A stretch of 64,000 nucleotides of DNA from Saccostrea echinata (GCF_033153115.1 NW_026889752.1:13268001-13332000); one strand, 5' to 3'. Counted from the first letter of the stretch, positions 1 to 12,657 are shown. Made by a program: numbers and translations. Notes: generated from the sequence alone by a model not told the origin.

Positions 1-753
1 ACCTTCTCAATACAAATTCTTACCCATGCATGCATTTACAAATACATGTACATGTACTTATTTACATCTCAGAAGGTAATGTACCACATTTTAACATAAT
101 GCAAGTAATGAACAACTTTAAATTGTTCAATTACATATTTATTTTGTAATTGAAGTGGAAAGGTAGTAAATTATGTTTAAACATTACACATTATACAACC
201 AGGGAGCTATATACTATTATTATACTTCAATCATTATAATTCTGTAAAAGGTGTCATATCTGATTGATCCAGGCACTCACATAACTGTGAAAATAAAATA
301 CTGAGTATCTTTGTCAGGAAGAAAATATCCTATCCCATCCCTCTAGAACACTCTGAGATTCATGTTAACTTACTGGAGTTCTCATCTAGACTTTAAGTTA
401 ACCTACATGTAGTACATTTGTAGCAGACACAAACAGTCACTGTCTGCAGTAAGCAGGTTCTACATTCTCAGTGTGAAAATTCAACATCCAATTTACTGCA
501 CTAATATGATGTTTAAAAACACTTTTCAACTTTATATCTCATTTGGGATATCATCCCACCCTCAAGAATTTGGTACACTTCAAGATGCATGGTAACTGCA
601 TGCATGCAAAGTCAATATGCATTGATTTACCAAAATTTGTAATAGATTTCTTAATAGGAAAAAAAGAGATTTAAACAAACACGGTACAAATTTATTACAC
701 GCCACATGCACATGCGCACAGGTACTTGGGTCTTGGTTTATAAATATATATAT

Positions 754-805
754 GTACCTTATTGATATGTAAAAAAAGTACTTTTTTTACATATCAATAA
801 GGTAC
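754..805. repeat. Perfect 52-bp palindrome within a hairpin-rich MITE-like region (~660-990)
   Basis: gtaccttattgatatgtaaaaaaagt|actttttttacatatcaataaggtac. In addition, ~720-745 pairs with ~959-985 (ggtacttgggtcttggtttataaat / atttataagccaagacccaagtac). Confidence 0.85.
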
Positions 806-1362
806 TACATATTTTTAAACCATATGCCATATGGCGTGTGATAAATTATTGTATGGTATAGTTTAAATATATAGATGTCAAATGCAGTCACTAGAGCACC
901 ACACGGGTAATTGGGTCCTTGTTTATATACATGTATACCTATATCAACAGGTATACTTATTTATAAGCCAAGACCCAAGTACATGTGGAGCACCGCAGGT
1001 TCCTGAACTGCATGTATCGATATATTTAACCATGCTATGTATTTTATGTCTGTGCTCTAACCTGTCTGAGAATCTGTACAAGTTTTTCCTCGGACAAGAG
1101 TTCTGGATACAACCAGTCTTGGCTATCTCTTGTCCGAGTAGTTGACTCAGACACTTCGTTCTCTAATTCCATGTTCTCAGCCTGCATTTCCTCGGTGTTT
1201 GATTAAATTTAATGGGATCTCGATCCCGATTTCCTGTCGCAGAGATGTCATTCGTTCCTCTCTCAGACACCTCTGCAAGGGATCGCGTCAAGATTTTTTA
1301 TATAAAGTTAAAAACATGATAAGACCTGGGATCATTAACTGCCAAAATTAGAAATACGCAGC

Positions 1363-1479
1363 TTACGTCATTCCCATCTGTTACTGTCAAAACATTTAAT
1401 GATAGACAATGAAATGGGCGGGTACAATATTCGACACGGACGTCCGAGAAATCATTGGATTGAAATTCTAGTTTGAAAT
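1363..1479 (+). repeat. Left arm of a ~115-bp inverted repeat pair (partner 13240-13354)
   Basis: Hand alignment to the reverse complement of 13240-13354 shows 7 substitutions and one 2-bp indel. Confidence 0.9.
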
Positions 1480-1508
1480 ACCTTAGCTTCTCTAGAACGC
1501 ACGATGTT

Positions 1509-1706
1509 ACTGGCCCCAAGACCATAAACTGAGAACAGACTTAAGTCAAAATTTCAAACCAATATAACTTTTGAAATAATTTTGATAATAAAACAAACTT
1601 TTTATCATATATTTGAATTGAAATGTTATATAAAATTGCAATTTTTTTTAAGCAAATACATTACATATATAACTCAAAATATTAAAAATTGAAATTTTGA
1701 CTTAAG
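1509..1706. mobile_element. MITE (TIR ggccYYaagaccataaactgagaacagacttaa), right TIR interrupted at TTAA
   Basis: Same family as the complete copy at 18088-18295. The right TIR stops at gacTTAA and is followed by ggggaagaaggac. A further TIR fragment lies at ~2669-2704. Confidence 0.7.
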
Positions 1707-3002
1707 GGGAAGAAGGACCTTTAGCTGAAAAAATACTTGTCATTCAATTTTTTTTTATATTTTGTATATTTCTTATTAAGTATGTCCCACATATCTTAAA
1801 GCAGTTATATCATTAGGTTTCTTACCTTATTTTAGAGATATTGGTTGACAAATATAATGCCCTACAGTATCTAAGTGGAGTTTTAATTCTCCATGTTTCC
1901 GGGCTCATTACTCTGTCCATAATTGGATTTTTAAAGCATATATAAAAAATATGTAAGTGAACATGTATCTTTTAAAATATTTCAGAGTATGAATTGGGTT
2001 TAAAATTCGAAAAGGCAAGTTTCATCTATCACACAGCATCTGGATAAGGAAAATTACGAACTTTTTAAGACAACTTAAACAACAAAAAACGTAATTTACA
2101 AAAAATCCTATCATTCAATATTTTTAAATTTACGTTGAAATGCAAGTCCTTCAAATTATTGATTAACTGTAAAAATTTCGAATGGTGAAGCTGACTTCAA
2201 TATTGCACAGGACATCGTTAAAGACGACATAAGCAGGACAAAAACTTGTCATGTTTACATTTCTCGAGTACGGGAAAAACCAACTATGACGTCACACGTA
2301 AGCTAAATAAGCGAAATAAGATATACCTACATAAGATTTCCGTCATCAGCCATGCAAAAATAATTTTTGTGTTCCCCGTTTCTCAAAATACTTCATCATA
2401 TACTTATTGTGACCTGTTTTTACATAATAATACCGCCCTTGTATTCACCGAGTATGATCTTGCTGTACTAGCAGATCGTGTATGACGTCACCGACTTGTT
2501 GGACGCACAGTTTAAAGAAACAGAGGAGTGGATCAATCTTTTTTCATAATTTGTTAATGTTTACAAGAATGTTATACTTTTTATTTTTTTAATATAAGAT
2601 GGTAATTAAAGAAAAAAAATTGTCAATTTTTTTTTACAAGAACTGATGCTTTACACGTTTTGGGTCAATCAGGCCCTAAGACCATAAACTGATAATAGAC
2701 TTAAGGGGATGAAGGACACATGGTCACATGACTTTGATAAACTACGTCATATCTTTCAAGATAATATGCACGCATGCACATAACGCTCATGGGGTGGCAA
2801 AATAGAGAGTGGCATAAATTCACGTGTACTTTGACATTAACATGAATAAAAGTTTTGCTACAGATTATTTTAGTAAAATATTACGATAATAAATTCTATA
2901 TTTTTTCATGAGACTGTTTTTTTCTCTAATTTCCAATAATATGACTGTGCATACGTAACTAATTTCCGGCAAAGCCTTGGTTACGGCAATGTTTACATAG
3001 AG

Positions 3003-3011
3003 TAAGATGGC
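3003..3011 (+). promoter_or_regulatory. YY1-like motif AAGATGGCG overlapping the ORF2 start codon
   Basis: Sequence gtAAGATGGCGacc. This motif is common at animal transcription/translation starts; function here is untested. Confidence 0.4.
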
Positions 3012-5963
3012 GACCCGGGAAAGTTTAAACAAACTTAAAAAAAATTCCTTACAGCGGTTAGCAGAGGAGTTGGGAGTGGTTTTTGAAAAAAAGACAAAAG
3101 AGGAAATAATCAACTCCATCTTAAACCTTAATGTCCCTATCCATTTCGAGGGTAGTCCTTTAGATACGCCCCATTTTACCGAGGTACAGTATGTATCGTT
3201 AGATGCGGAGGCGATACCTGATCTACCATTCTCGGCGATTGTCCGCTTTATGGTCGATCGCCAGGTACAAGGCCGTGCAGTCCAAAATTTTCGTGGTCTA
3301 GATCGTGCTGCAAAACATTTTGAGGCAGGAGATGTGAAGGAAATCCTCATGGCCAAGGTAATCTTTATTTTGTGACGGTAGCAAAACTATTTTTAAAAAA
3401 AATAATAATAATAAGGTTGGCAAAATTAAAATAAGAAATTACCAAGCAGTACAATAATCAGGGGAAACATAATTGTATTTTAAATTTCAATTTTTAAAAA
3501 AAAAAAAAAAGTGAAACTACTTTCGTCCATATTATGATATCTCTTTTACATGTTTGTAATATACTTTTTTTCAGGTGAATGACTCAACCATATACTTCAA
3601 GGCATTCTGCCTTGCATCTATGAAGAAAATTAAATATCAGATTTTCATATCTGCTAGATGTCTGGAGGGGGAAATGACAATTAACCATGCTTACTGTCAG
3701 TGTCCTATAGGGTAGGAATTACATTTAATATACATGTATCAGATATCGTAATGTTCAAGCCCTGTGTATATATACTCAGTGTATGTATAAGTCATACAAG
3801 TATAAACACCTTATATATAATGGTACTTAACTATCAAAACTACAAGTTCCACAACTTAATAATCAGAGCGATTAATTGCTTCCTGCTTGAGGAATATGAA
3901 CCATTGTCCCTTCACATTCTGATTTTATATTGCATATGAATGATGTATAAAAAAAATCATTACTCAGTATTTTATTTATAGCACAAAAAATAGAAATAGA
4001 CATTAACTTGTTACATAAATTTGAAAAAAAAGTACTACAATTGTCACATTACTTTTAGGTTGGCTCAGTCATGCAGTCACATTGGGAGCCTTCTTTTTGC
4101 CCTTAATTCTATCAAGAAAGAAGCAGAAAATTCCTGTACATCAAAACTCTGTAAATGGAATGTGCCCAGACAACTGAATCTTCCTGCAGCACCCTTATCC
4201 GAGATGAATTTAAGAAAAGCAGGTTCAATAGGTAAAGTAACTATGGTAACTATGGTAATTGCAGCCATGAATGACAGCAGCTGCAGAAATTTAAATCAGG
4301 ATTAAGATATAAATGTTTCTGACAAATTTCAGCAAGCGGTGGAGATCAACCAATTAAAAAAACTATACAGTTTGATCCAAGACACCCAGATCACAGGGAC
4401 ACAGATTTAAGTGCTCTCCAAGCATTGAGGGATGTTTTTCCCAACACAGGTAATTACTACTGCACATTTAGATTAGGGGATATTGGAGACAATAATTCAA
4501 AGTAAAAGGTTAACTCATATTCTTTTTTCTTGTATTCAGGAATGGCATGTATATGGGATATTCCGGAAAGAACACCAACCCCAGTGAGTGAAGTAACAGT
4601 GACTTCTTACGTGAATCCTCTAGAGACTGATTTGCAAAAGTTGGTGGATTTGTCTGAATCTCTGCATGGTATACTCAATTTCTTCTGATCACTAAAATTT
4701 TATTGCCAATTTCTTCAATCAAAATTTTGATAAAACAATGCATGTACTTCAAAATGATTTTCAGTATTCTAAAACCTTTCAGCTAACATTCTGCAACCAA
4801 TCAGTGAGGAGTTATCGTCCTTTGTGGAGATGAGAACCAGATCACAGCGCAATAGTCCAGAATGGATATCACTCCATAAGGGTCGCTTAACTTCCTCAAT
4901 CTTTGGAGACATTATCAGGGCAGGAGAACATCCTAGGAGCCTCATCTCTGGAATTCTCCATGGTTCCAGTCTTCAACGGTATGATTCATTTTCTGCAGAA
5001 AAATTAAAATTAAACTTTAGAGCATTCTTACTTAATTTTACATTCTAAATATACAGACAAATCCTGTTGCCTATCAGGTAAACCAAAGAACAGAAAATTA
5101 GAATTTTGAATAATAATTTGACTAACCTCTTTAGAAAACATTTTTTACATACAATTTTTCTTACCCTCCTTTTCCTTGCAAAATATGTTAGAGTTCAGCT
5201 GGACCTGTTAGTAATTTCAATATTATACTGCATATATATGACATTTAAAAATAAGAGGCCCAGGGGCCACATCGCTCACCTGAGCACTCTGGCTAGGAAA
5301 AAGCAGAAATCAGTTCAGTCTTGAAAAGTTTTGATATAAAAGTGGTTCAGAGGGGGGGGGGGGGTGTTAATTTGAACTTGAATCTATACTTCAAAGGGAT
5401 GCTTTTGAATTAATATGACAAATAATGGCTATGCTGTTCTTAGAAAGACAATTTTTATTGATATATCATATGTATTCCTTTGTATAACAATTTGAATCTA
5501 CATTACCTGAGGATGCTTGCATTTATATATGACTAATTATTGCTTTGCAGAAGAAGATTTTAAAAGGCTTGCTTTTTCTTATGTATTCCTATGTAAAACT
5601 TTAATCACCCATAGTGGTCCCACCCTACCCCTGGGGGGTCATGATTTAAACAAATTTGAATCTACACTACCTGAGGATGCACCCATAAAAAAAACCAATC
5701 ATGGCTTTGCTGTTCTTGAGAGAAAGGTTTTTACAAATTTTTCCTATGCATTTTATGTAAAACTTTGATCGCCCATTGTGGCCCCATCCTACCCCCGGGT
5801 GTCATGATTTGAACAAACTTGAATCTACACTACCTGAGGATGCTTCCATATAAGTTTCATATTTTCAAGCACAGTGGTTCTTGCAAAGAAGATTTTTAAA
5901 TGATGCCATTAATTTTTCATGAATTCATGATTATCTCCCCTTGGAAGAAGGCGTGGCCCTTTG

Positions 5964-6026
<63 letters not shown>

Positions 6027-6099
6027 CTAGTAGTTCTGGAGAAGAAGAAGAAATTGTGAAAAGTTTACAACGACAACAACAACAACGCCGCCGCCGACA

Positions 6100-6158
<59 letters not shown>

Positions 6159-6710
6159 TAACAACCTAATAACAGGTACCCGTCAATGCCACCTGCAGTC
6201 CAGTGGGGAATTGACCATGAGGAGATGGCCAGGCAGGATTACTTAGAACTTGTGAGGAGAGTTGCAGATGTTTCTGTCCAACCACTTGGTTTGACTTTAC
6301 TAGCATTATGTCCATTTATTGGAGCATCTGGGGATGGCAAAATCCTGGACAAGAGTATGCCAGAGGGCTCTCAGGAAGGTGTCCTGGAGATCAAGTGTCC
6401 ATATTCACTTAATGGCAAAGTCATTGTCAGTAAGGAAGTGCACGAGCTATACGATCATCTGGATTTCATGGAAGTGAAAAATGGGAAAGCAAAATTAAGC
6501 TGTAAACATAAGTATTATGCTCAGGTGCAAGGGGAGATGGCTGTTTTAGGCTTACCATGGTCTGACTTCGTTATTTGGACTGCCGCTACTAAAAGCAATG
6601 TTTACATTGAAAGGATTCATTTTGACTCCACTTACGTTTCCAGTATGATTTCAAAACTTCACGAATTCTATGGGAAACATATAATACCCCATCTTAAAGA
6701 TGTTGAATAA
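3007..6710 (+). CDS. Transposon ORF2: N-terminal SAP/HeH-like helix, SWIM zinc finger and YqaJ/lambda-exonuclease-family nuclease (~545 aa, 7 exons)
   Basis: Exons 3007-3357, 3575-3711, 4059-4231, 4333-4449, 4540-4668, 4783-4978, 6176-6710. All introns are GT-AG, phases are compatible, total 1638 nt with no internal stop. SWIM CQCPIGLAQSCSH is split across exons 2/3. YqaJ motifs: TRSQRNSPEW..RLTSS, WGIDHEEMA, GASGDG, LEIKCP, YYAQVQGEM. Confidence 0.88.
5251..6158 (-). mobile_element. Non-autonomous Helentron-type element (HINE-like) with internal ~165-bp tandem repeats, in ORF2 intron 6
   Basis: Terminal blocks aagaggcccaggggccacatcgctcacctgag and agaaaagctcacttgagccttcggctcaggtgagctaa (hairpin), a short acaac/gcc microsatellite, and repeated units ttgaatctacactacctgaggatgc. 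Confidence 0.75.
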
Positions 6711-6789
6711 GTGGCCCATGGGCCTGAACATAATTGATCCACATACATGTATAATTTAATGCTGGATATAATGCGGAAATTGATTGGAT

Positions 6790-7655
6790 AAACAAGATGT
6801 GTTTGTGAAACACTGATGCCCCTGTACGGCAGCTTATGGCGAAGGTTAAAGTTTCTCAAATGCAAGTCAAAATCCAGGCCAAAAGATAAAAAATGTTGGT
6901 ACCTAAAGAAAGGTCTTGTCTCGAGGAACATACTTGTGAAATTTGAAAGCCCTAGCTGCAACTGTTCAAAAGTTATAGCGAAGGTTAAAGTTTTTTAAAA
7001 GTAAGTAAAACGTCAAAATCAAGGTCAAAGTTGTTGGTATCAAAGGAAGGTCTTGTCACAAGAATTACATAAGTATGTGAAGTATGAAAACCCTAGCAAC
7101 AACCATTAAAAAGTTATGACCAAGGTTAAAGTTTTTCGAAAGTAGGTCAAACTCCTAGGTCAAGGTCAAAGGGTCAAAGAGATTGATATCCAGAGGAAGG
7201 TCTTGTCACAAGGAATATACATGTGAAGTTTGAAACCCCAAGCACCAACTGTTCAAAAGTTATGGCCAAGGTTAAAGTTTTTCAAAAGTAGGTCAAATTC
7301 CAAGGTCAAAGTTGTTGGTATCCATAGGAAGGCCTTGTCTCAAGGAATACACATGTGAAGTCTAAAACCCCAAGCACCAACTGTTCAGAAATTATGGCCA
7401 AGGTTAAAGTCTCATAAAATTTTGCAAAAGTGGGTCAAACTCCAAGGTCAAGGTCAAAAGGTCAAATATGATGGTACATAAAGAAAGGTCTTGTCACAAG
7501 GAATACACATGCGAAATATGAAAGTCATAGCTCCAACCAATCAAAAGTTATGGGCAAGGTTAAAGTTGACAACAGACAGACAGACAAACAAACAAACAGA
7601 CAGACATGACAAAAACAATATACCCCCGGGATCTTTCGATCCCGGGGCATAAAAA
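6790..7655 (-). mobile_element. Second HINE-like family element with ~120-bp aaggtcaa-rich tandem repeats
   Basis: Repeated units aaaagttatggccaaggttaaagt..aggtcttgtcacaaggaata, an ACAG microsatellite at ~7572-7605, and a terminal hairpin cccgggatc-tttc-gatcccggg followed by an A-run. Confidence 0.7.
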
Positions 7656-7816
7656 ATTTACTTTATATTGTATAAAATGGGTTGCCTATATCACAATGAC
7701 TTGTGTCAAAAACATATCATTCCACCTGACGTTACATTTAAATTTTGTACAATTTGAAGTAATTTTTTAAGGGCAATCATCTTTTTTCTTACACTAAATG
7801 AAAGAAAATTAAAATA

Positions 7817-7956
7817 TAAGGAATGAAATTCATAGCTACCCAATTTATACGGTTACCGTATAAAGTGGGTAGGAACAGTTTATGCTGTTTTATAAATCGC
7901 TTCGCGGTTTATAAAGCTTAAACTGCCCCAACCCACCTTATTAAATTCATTCCTAA
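7817..7956. mobile_element. Short foldback/MITE-like element
   Basis: Termini taaggaatgaa / ttcattcctaa. Internal hairpins tttatacggt-taccgtataaa and gtgggt..ttataaatcgc-ttc-gcggtttataa..acccac. Confidence 0.55.
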
Positions 7957-8460
7957 ATAATTAATTTTTTTCATGTTAACTGCAAACATTTGTACTGAAA
8001 CTATCTGATTTATTTAAGACCAGAAAATATAAGCGAAACAGTTTATTTTAATCCCAGAATCTTGTATTCTTTGATTTTAATGCATTTTCTGTAACATATA
8101 TGAAGTTTAAATTCTATTTTGAAAAGAAACAGAAACATTTAAAAATATATAAACTCTTTCTACAGATATTCTTTTCTTTTCATAGATTTCAGAATAGTAG
8201 ACATTATATACAAAAGCTTTACTTAAAACTAATAACTGTTGACAATATATTTCATGTGACCTAATGTACATGAACATGTGCATTTTACAACCATTATTTG
8301 TCCAAAAACAGGGCTTGCAAATTGCATCTACATGATAAAAAAAAAAAAGAGAAAAAAAATTGATTCATTCTTCAATTCTCTATTTACATGTATAGGTAAA
8401 GTGGTTATTAAAGGTGGTTTGGAGTTTACAAAGGTAAAATTCTATGACTTTCAATAAAAA

Positions 8461-8526
8461 GCCAGACATAAAACATGTAAACAGCTTATGCCTGCCAGAC
8501 ATAAAACATGTAAACAGCTTATGCCT
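8461..8526. repeat. Perfect 33-bp tandem duplication
   Basis: gccagacataaaacatgtaaacagcttatgcct x2. Confidence 0.9.
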
Positions 8527-8673
8527 CCCAAATACATTTTTTCAAGGACCCAATATACCTCCAAACTTACCTTCCAAGCATCTACCTAACTAATAGATAC
8601 TCTCATCTCTATTTCATCAGGGTGAGCTACAAAACTGGCATTTTATAGAGTGACTAGAAATCTCTTTGTACAT

Positions 8674-11600
8674 TTAATTTTCAATAAGTGGAACATCAAG
8701 ATTTGTCAAGAAACTGGCAACTTGAAACATTTGATTTAACAGAGGTGCAAGTGAAAGTGGCATCACACCATCAAAAATATGAAAACATTTAATCCTACCT
8801 ATACTTCTCTCAACATGAATGCGAACTTTTGCAATTTCTTGTGTGTACAGGATTTCATCAACTGAAAATTGTCCTTTGGTGTTAAATGGTGGAATATTTA
8901 AAGTACAACCTCTTTCTTGCAGTAAATCTCTAATTGTAAAACCTTTATCGGCCATTACATTGTCTCCTGGTTCTAATAAATCCAAAAACCCACTATCAAT
9001 AACCATCTGTCTGTCTGAAGTTTTCCCACCCCATGCATTTGACACAAAAGAAATTACTCCAGCAGGTGAAATTCCTATCAAAAACTTCATTGTTGTATGA
9101 TGTTTATAATTTGAAAAAGTTAAATTCTGGTTAACTAAACTTGATGATTTCTGAATATATATTTCAGTACAGTCAAGAATTACTCTTAAATTTGGAAACT
9201 TTTTCATGCATTCAGGCAAACAAGATGCAATTTTTTCTCTTGAGGGAAACTTATTCAGAGCACAGAGCTCAGCATGAAGAAGACAAATCCATGTCGTGAA
9301 AAAAGAAGAAAATCTTGATGTTGAGATTCCGAACCGTTCAGCAATATCAGTTACTAAAAGCCCAACCTTCAGACGCATAAGAACGGCCAGCAACTGATCA
9401 ATGAGAGGGAGAGTACTTTTGTTTGGCCTCTGCCTTCCTGTCTCTGACGTACCTTCACCAATCCAATAGGTCATAGATCTTGCCTTAGGAAGTAGGAAAC
9501 TGCAAAAGAGAATTGAATGTCCATTCATTATGGAATATACTGTAGAAGCACAAATTTTCATGGGGATAAAATTTTGTTGATTTGCCATCTAAAAGGGTTT
9601 CGTGTGCATTAAAATTTGTTGTTACGAATGTACTCCTACTCATCATATAGTCATATAAAATTTCTTGTGGGATTTAATTTCGTTGATTATTGTTAACAAA
9701 GAAATAAATGAAATTAAATCCCCAACAAATATTTCTGATTCTACAGTACTCAGGAATTAGCTCCCTTGTGCACATGCATTTTTCTGTTCTAATCTTAAGA
9801 TGATACATGTACCTTCAACCTTGCACAAAAGTTTTTTTTTATTCTTTTTCTATTTTATTTGATATTACATGTCTTTGTATGAAATGTAGGATGCTCATTT
9901 AATACATATAAAAACAAGAGGCCCATGGGCCACAACACTCACCTGATTAACTTTGGCCTTGATCTTCTTCACCAGATTTCCACCCTTGTAATACCTATTG
10001 TTGCCCCACCTTACCCCCGGGGTCATGATTTGAACAATTTAGAATCTACACTACCCCAGGATGCTTCCATATAAGTTTCAGCTTTTCTGGCCCAGCTGTT
10101 CTTGAGAAGATTTTTTAATGACCCCACCCTATTTTTGTCTTTTCTTGATTATCTTCCTTGTAAGGGGGCTTGGCCCTTCATTTTAACAATTTACACTCCC
10201 CTTTACCCAAGGATGCTTTGTACCAACTTTGCTTAAAATTGACCCAGCGGTTCTTGAGAAGTTGGAAATATGAAAAGTTTACAGACGGACGGACGACGGA
10301 CAATGGGTGATCATGGGTGATCAGAAAAGCTCACATGAGCTTTCAACTCAGGTGACCTAAAAATACTGTACTTGTACAGCCAGAGGAAAACAGGGAAGCT
10401 GGGCAACCCAGTGTAGAATCTTGTTGCAACATCATCATCTTTAATTTTGTTTACACCCCATTGTAGTTTATGCAGCTTTTCCTTCAGAAGCATGTTTTCC
10501 TCCTTCAACAAGGCATTCTCTTGGAGAAGAGGATCAGTGTCACACTGTGAACCTATTAATGACTATACATTGCAATTGGTCTCCATCACATTAAAACATA
10601 AGTATCTTTTGTGTGTGTGAGGAGGAGCATGTTGATTTTATTAACTGCAGCTACCTGCCATTAAAGCATCATAATAAAAAGTCAACATCAATTTTGGTAT
10701 TCAAAATGTAATACAGTCAACCCTTGTTATATCAAACTCAATGGGACCGAGGAAAAACTTTGAGATATCCGAGGATTCAAGATTTCCAGGGTAAAATACT
10801 TAAACAATAAGGGGTTGGGACTTCCAAATCACTTCGACATATCCATGGTATTCGAGATATCAGTGTTCGAGATACCAAAGTTCATCTGTATTTACATTCC
10901 ACATGCTGTTTGCTTATAAAGTGTGTGCAAAGCTGTGACATTCAAAATACCATAACCAGGACACGGGGTCAAAAGATTAAAGTATGCATTTTATTTTAAC
11001 GTTAAAAATGTTGAAGGCCATGCAAGTGCAATATCATTTAAGCAAAAATTAAAAATCACACTCAGATTGAAAAGATTGCAATTGCTCTAAGTCTTCCATT
11101 AATTGTAACTTAGCGAAAGGATAATACAGGAGTTTTGAAGTGAAAATCATGTTTGCACACAAGACAAGGAGTTACAAATGTAAATATAAACATTGAATCA
11201 TTTTCTTTTTAAAGACATTGTCTCATAACAGCAACGCGGTGTGAGCAAACAAATTTTCATAACACACTAATGCATGTTGCTCAACTTGTTGCAGTTATGG
11301 GACTATATCTTTCAAAAAATAATTCAATACTTAGAAATAAGTTAACTTCAAAGCAAATACTTTTGGGAAAATAAACAGTCCAAACCTTCATCAGCTGTAA
11401 GGACTACACCTATGTCAATGTCATCATCTTCATGAAATACATTTACATTGTACAATTTCCCTGGAGATGCCTGCTGCTCTTCAGGGACACTGTAGCTATG
11501 CATTCTTATGGATGCCTCTAGTCTGGTTCTCTCTAAATGTTCTTGTTTTGCAGCTGCTTCCTCAAAAGTCTAGGGGAAAAAATCAATTACATCTAACAAT

Positions 11601-12657
11601 AATATTACAAATAAAATTAACTCTAAGCTTCGAAAACAAAAGATAAACCTCATGTTAATTGTTTATGCTTTATTCCTTAAATTTAAATATTTTTTCATTA
11701 AACACAGATATACAAAGTAAATGCACATTTTGACAAACAAAATATGTACTACACTAAATGTATAATACGGCTGTGCAGTTATATAAATATGATAAGTGCT
11801 TCTTTCCATCAAATTTAACCAGCAAATTTAACGTATATGGATAGATCTTACTTTATGGCACTAGTAGAATCCAGGTTCCCCATATAAATGACCAGCATAC
11901 TTTGACCAGCAAAGATGGGGTAGCTTGTGAAACTTTTCAAAACAAATAGCAACTGCACACTGAATATTTCAATTATTTAACAGTTTGACAGTTGCACTAT
12001 TGTTAAGAGGACAGTTTCAATTAATCAAATCACTAATCTAAAACAAATAAGTAACTGTGCCATATTTACACCAGGAAAATCTAAATAACCAGAAAAATTA
12101 GCACATTAATGAATATTAAATGACTTGCAGTGACTTGTACATATTTGAAATGGGATGAAATATTTAATCTTAATAGACTTTAATAAATAAATTTGGTACA
12201 ATAAGACGTATTTAGCCTGGAATTGCGACCAGCTCAAATCAGGCTAAATGTCACGTCAAATTAATGGGTATAAGGTAGACAACAGAGGAATCTCGGGTTG
12301 ACATGTTTGTAATGCATGTTGAAATAAGATATTCGTATTATATAATACAAATTATCATACCTTTGTCAGATTTCTCCTGAATGCTCTTGTAAATCTTTCA
12401 CTGTTTTGTTCCTTTGTACACTTATAAGAAAATAATGTCGGCCTGTAATTACGGTCTTCACGGTCATCCGAGTGCCAACCCGTCTCGAAATGTTCACTGC
12501 ATATCCTGCTGCTGCTGTTAGGCAACCAGCCTTTCCTGTTAACAGCATTAACCCATGCTCGCCTTTTCGTTTTATTTGCAGGAAACTTAAAAAACGACAC
12601 CTTACAGTCCTTTGTGGCTCGGTTAGTACACCCAACAACACAACAACTTTTCACCAT
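8674..12657 (-). CDS. THAP-domain DDE transposase (THAP, coiled coil, HTH_Tnp_4, DDE_Tnp_4), ~495 aa, 4 exons
   Basis: Exons 12657-12361, 11569-11386, 10552-10372, 9499-8674; GT-AG, in frame, 1488 nt. THAP C2CH: MVKSCCVVGC..FFKFP..W..ICSEHF..PTLF. HTH: LIDQLLAVLMRLKVGLLVTDIAERFGIS. Catalytic triad in ILDCTE / MADKGF / IHVERSIG. Confidence 0.9.
9540..9746. mobile_element. TA-flanked MITE (Tc1/mariner-type) in transposase intron 3
   Basis: TA|CTGTAGAA...TTCTACAG|TA with imperfect longer TIRs. Confidence 0.7.
9914..10362 (-). mobile_element. HINE-like element (same family as 5251-6158) in transposase intron 3
   Basis: acaagaggcccatgggccac..ctcacctga start, gacg microsatellite, agaaaagctcacatgagctttcaactcaggtgacctaa end. 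Confidence 0.75.
10714..10888. mobile_element. TA-flanked CAGT.. MITE in transposase intron 2
   Basis: TA|CAGTCAACCC..ttcgagataccaaagttcatCTG|TA. A second copy of the family lies at ~63667-63835. Confidence 0.7.

Noticed and set aside
2865-3356. 163-aa minus-strand ORF
   Set aside because: Antisense shadow of ORF2 exon 1; no motifs.
6790-7655. CRISPR-like repeat array next to a nuclease gene
   Set aside because: The units are degenerate tandem repeats without unique spacers, inside a HINE-like element in a eukaryote.
9500-9588. N-terminal 30 aa of the listed 304-aa ORF (MANQQNF..)
   Set aside because: Intronic and partly MITE sequence; the real exon starts at the acceptor at 9499.
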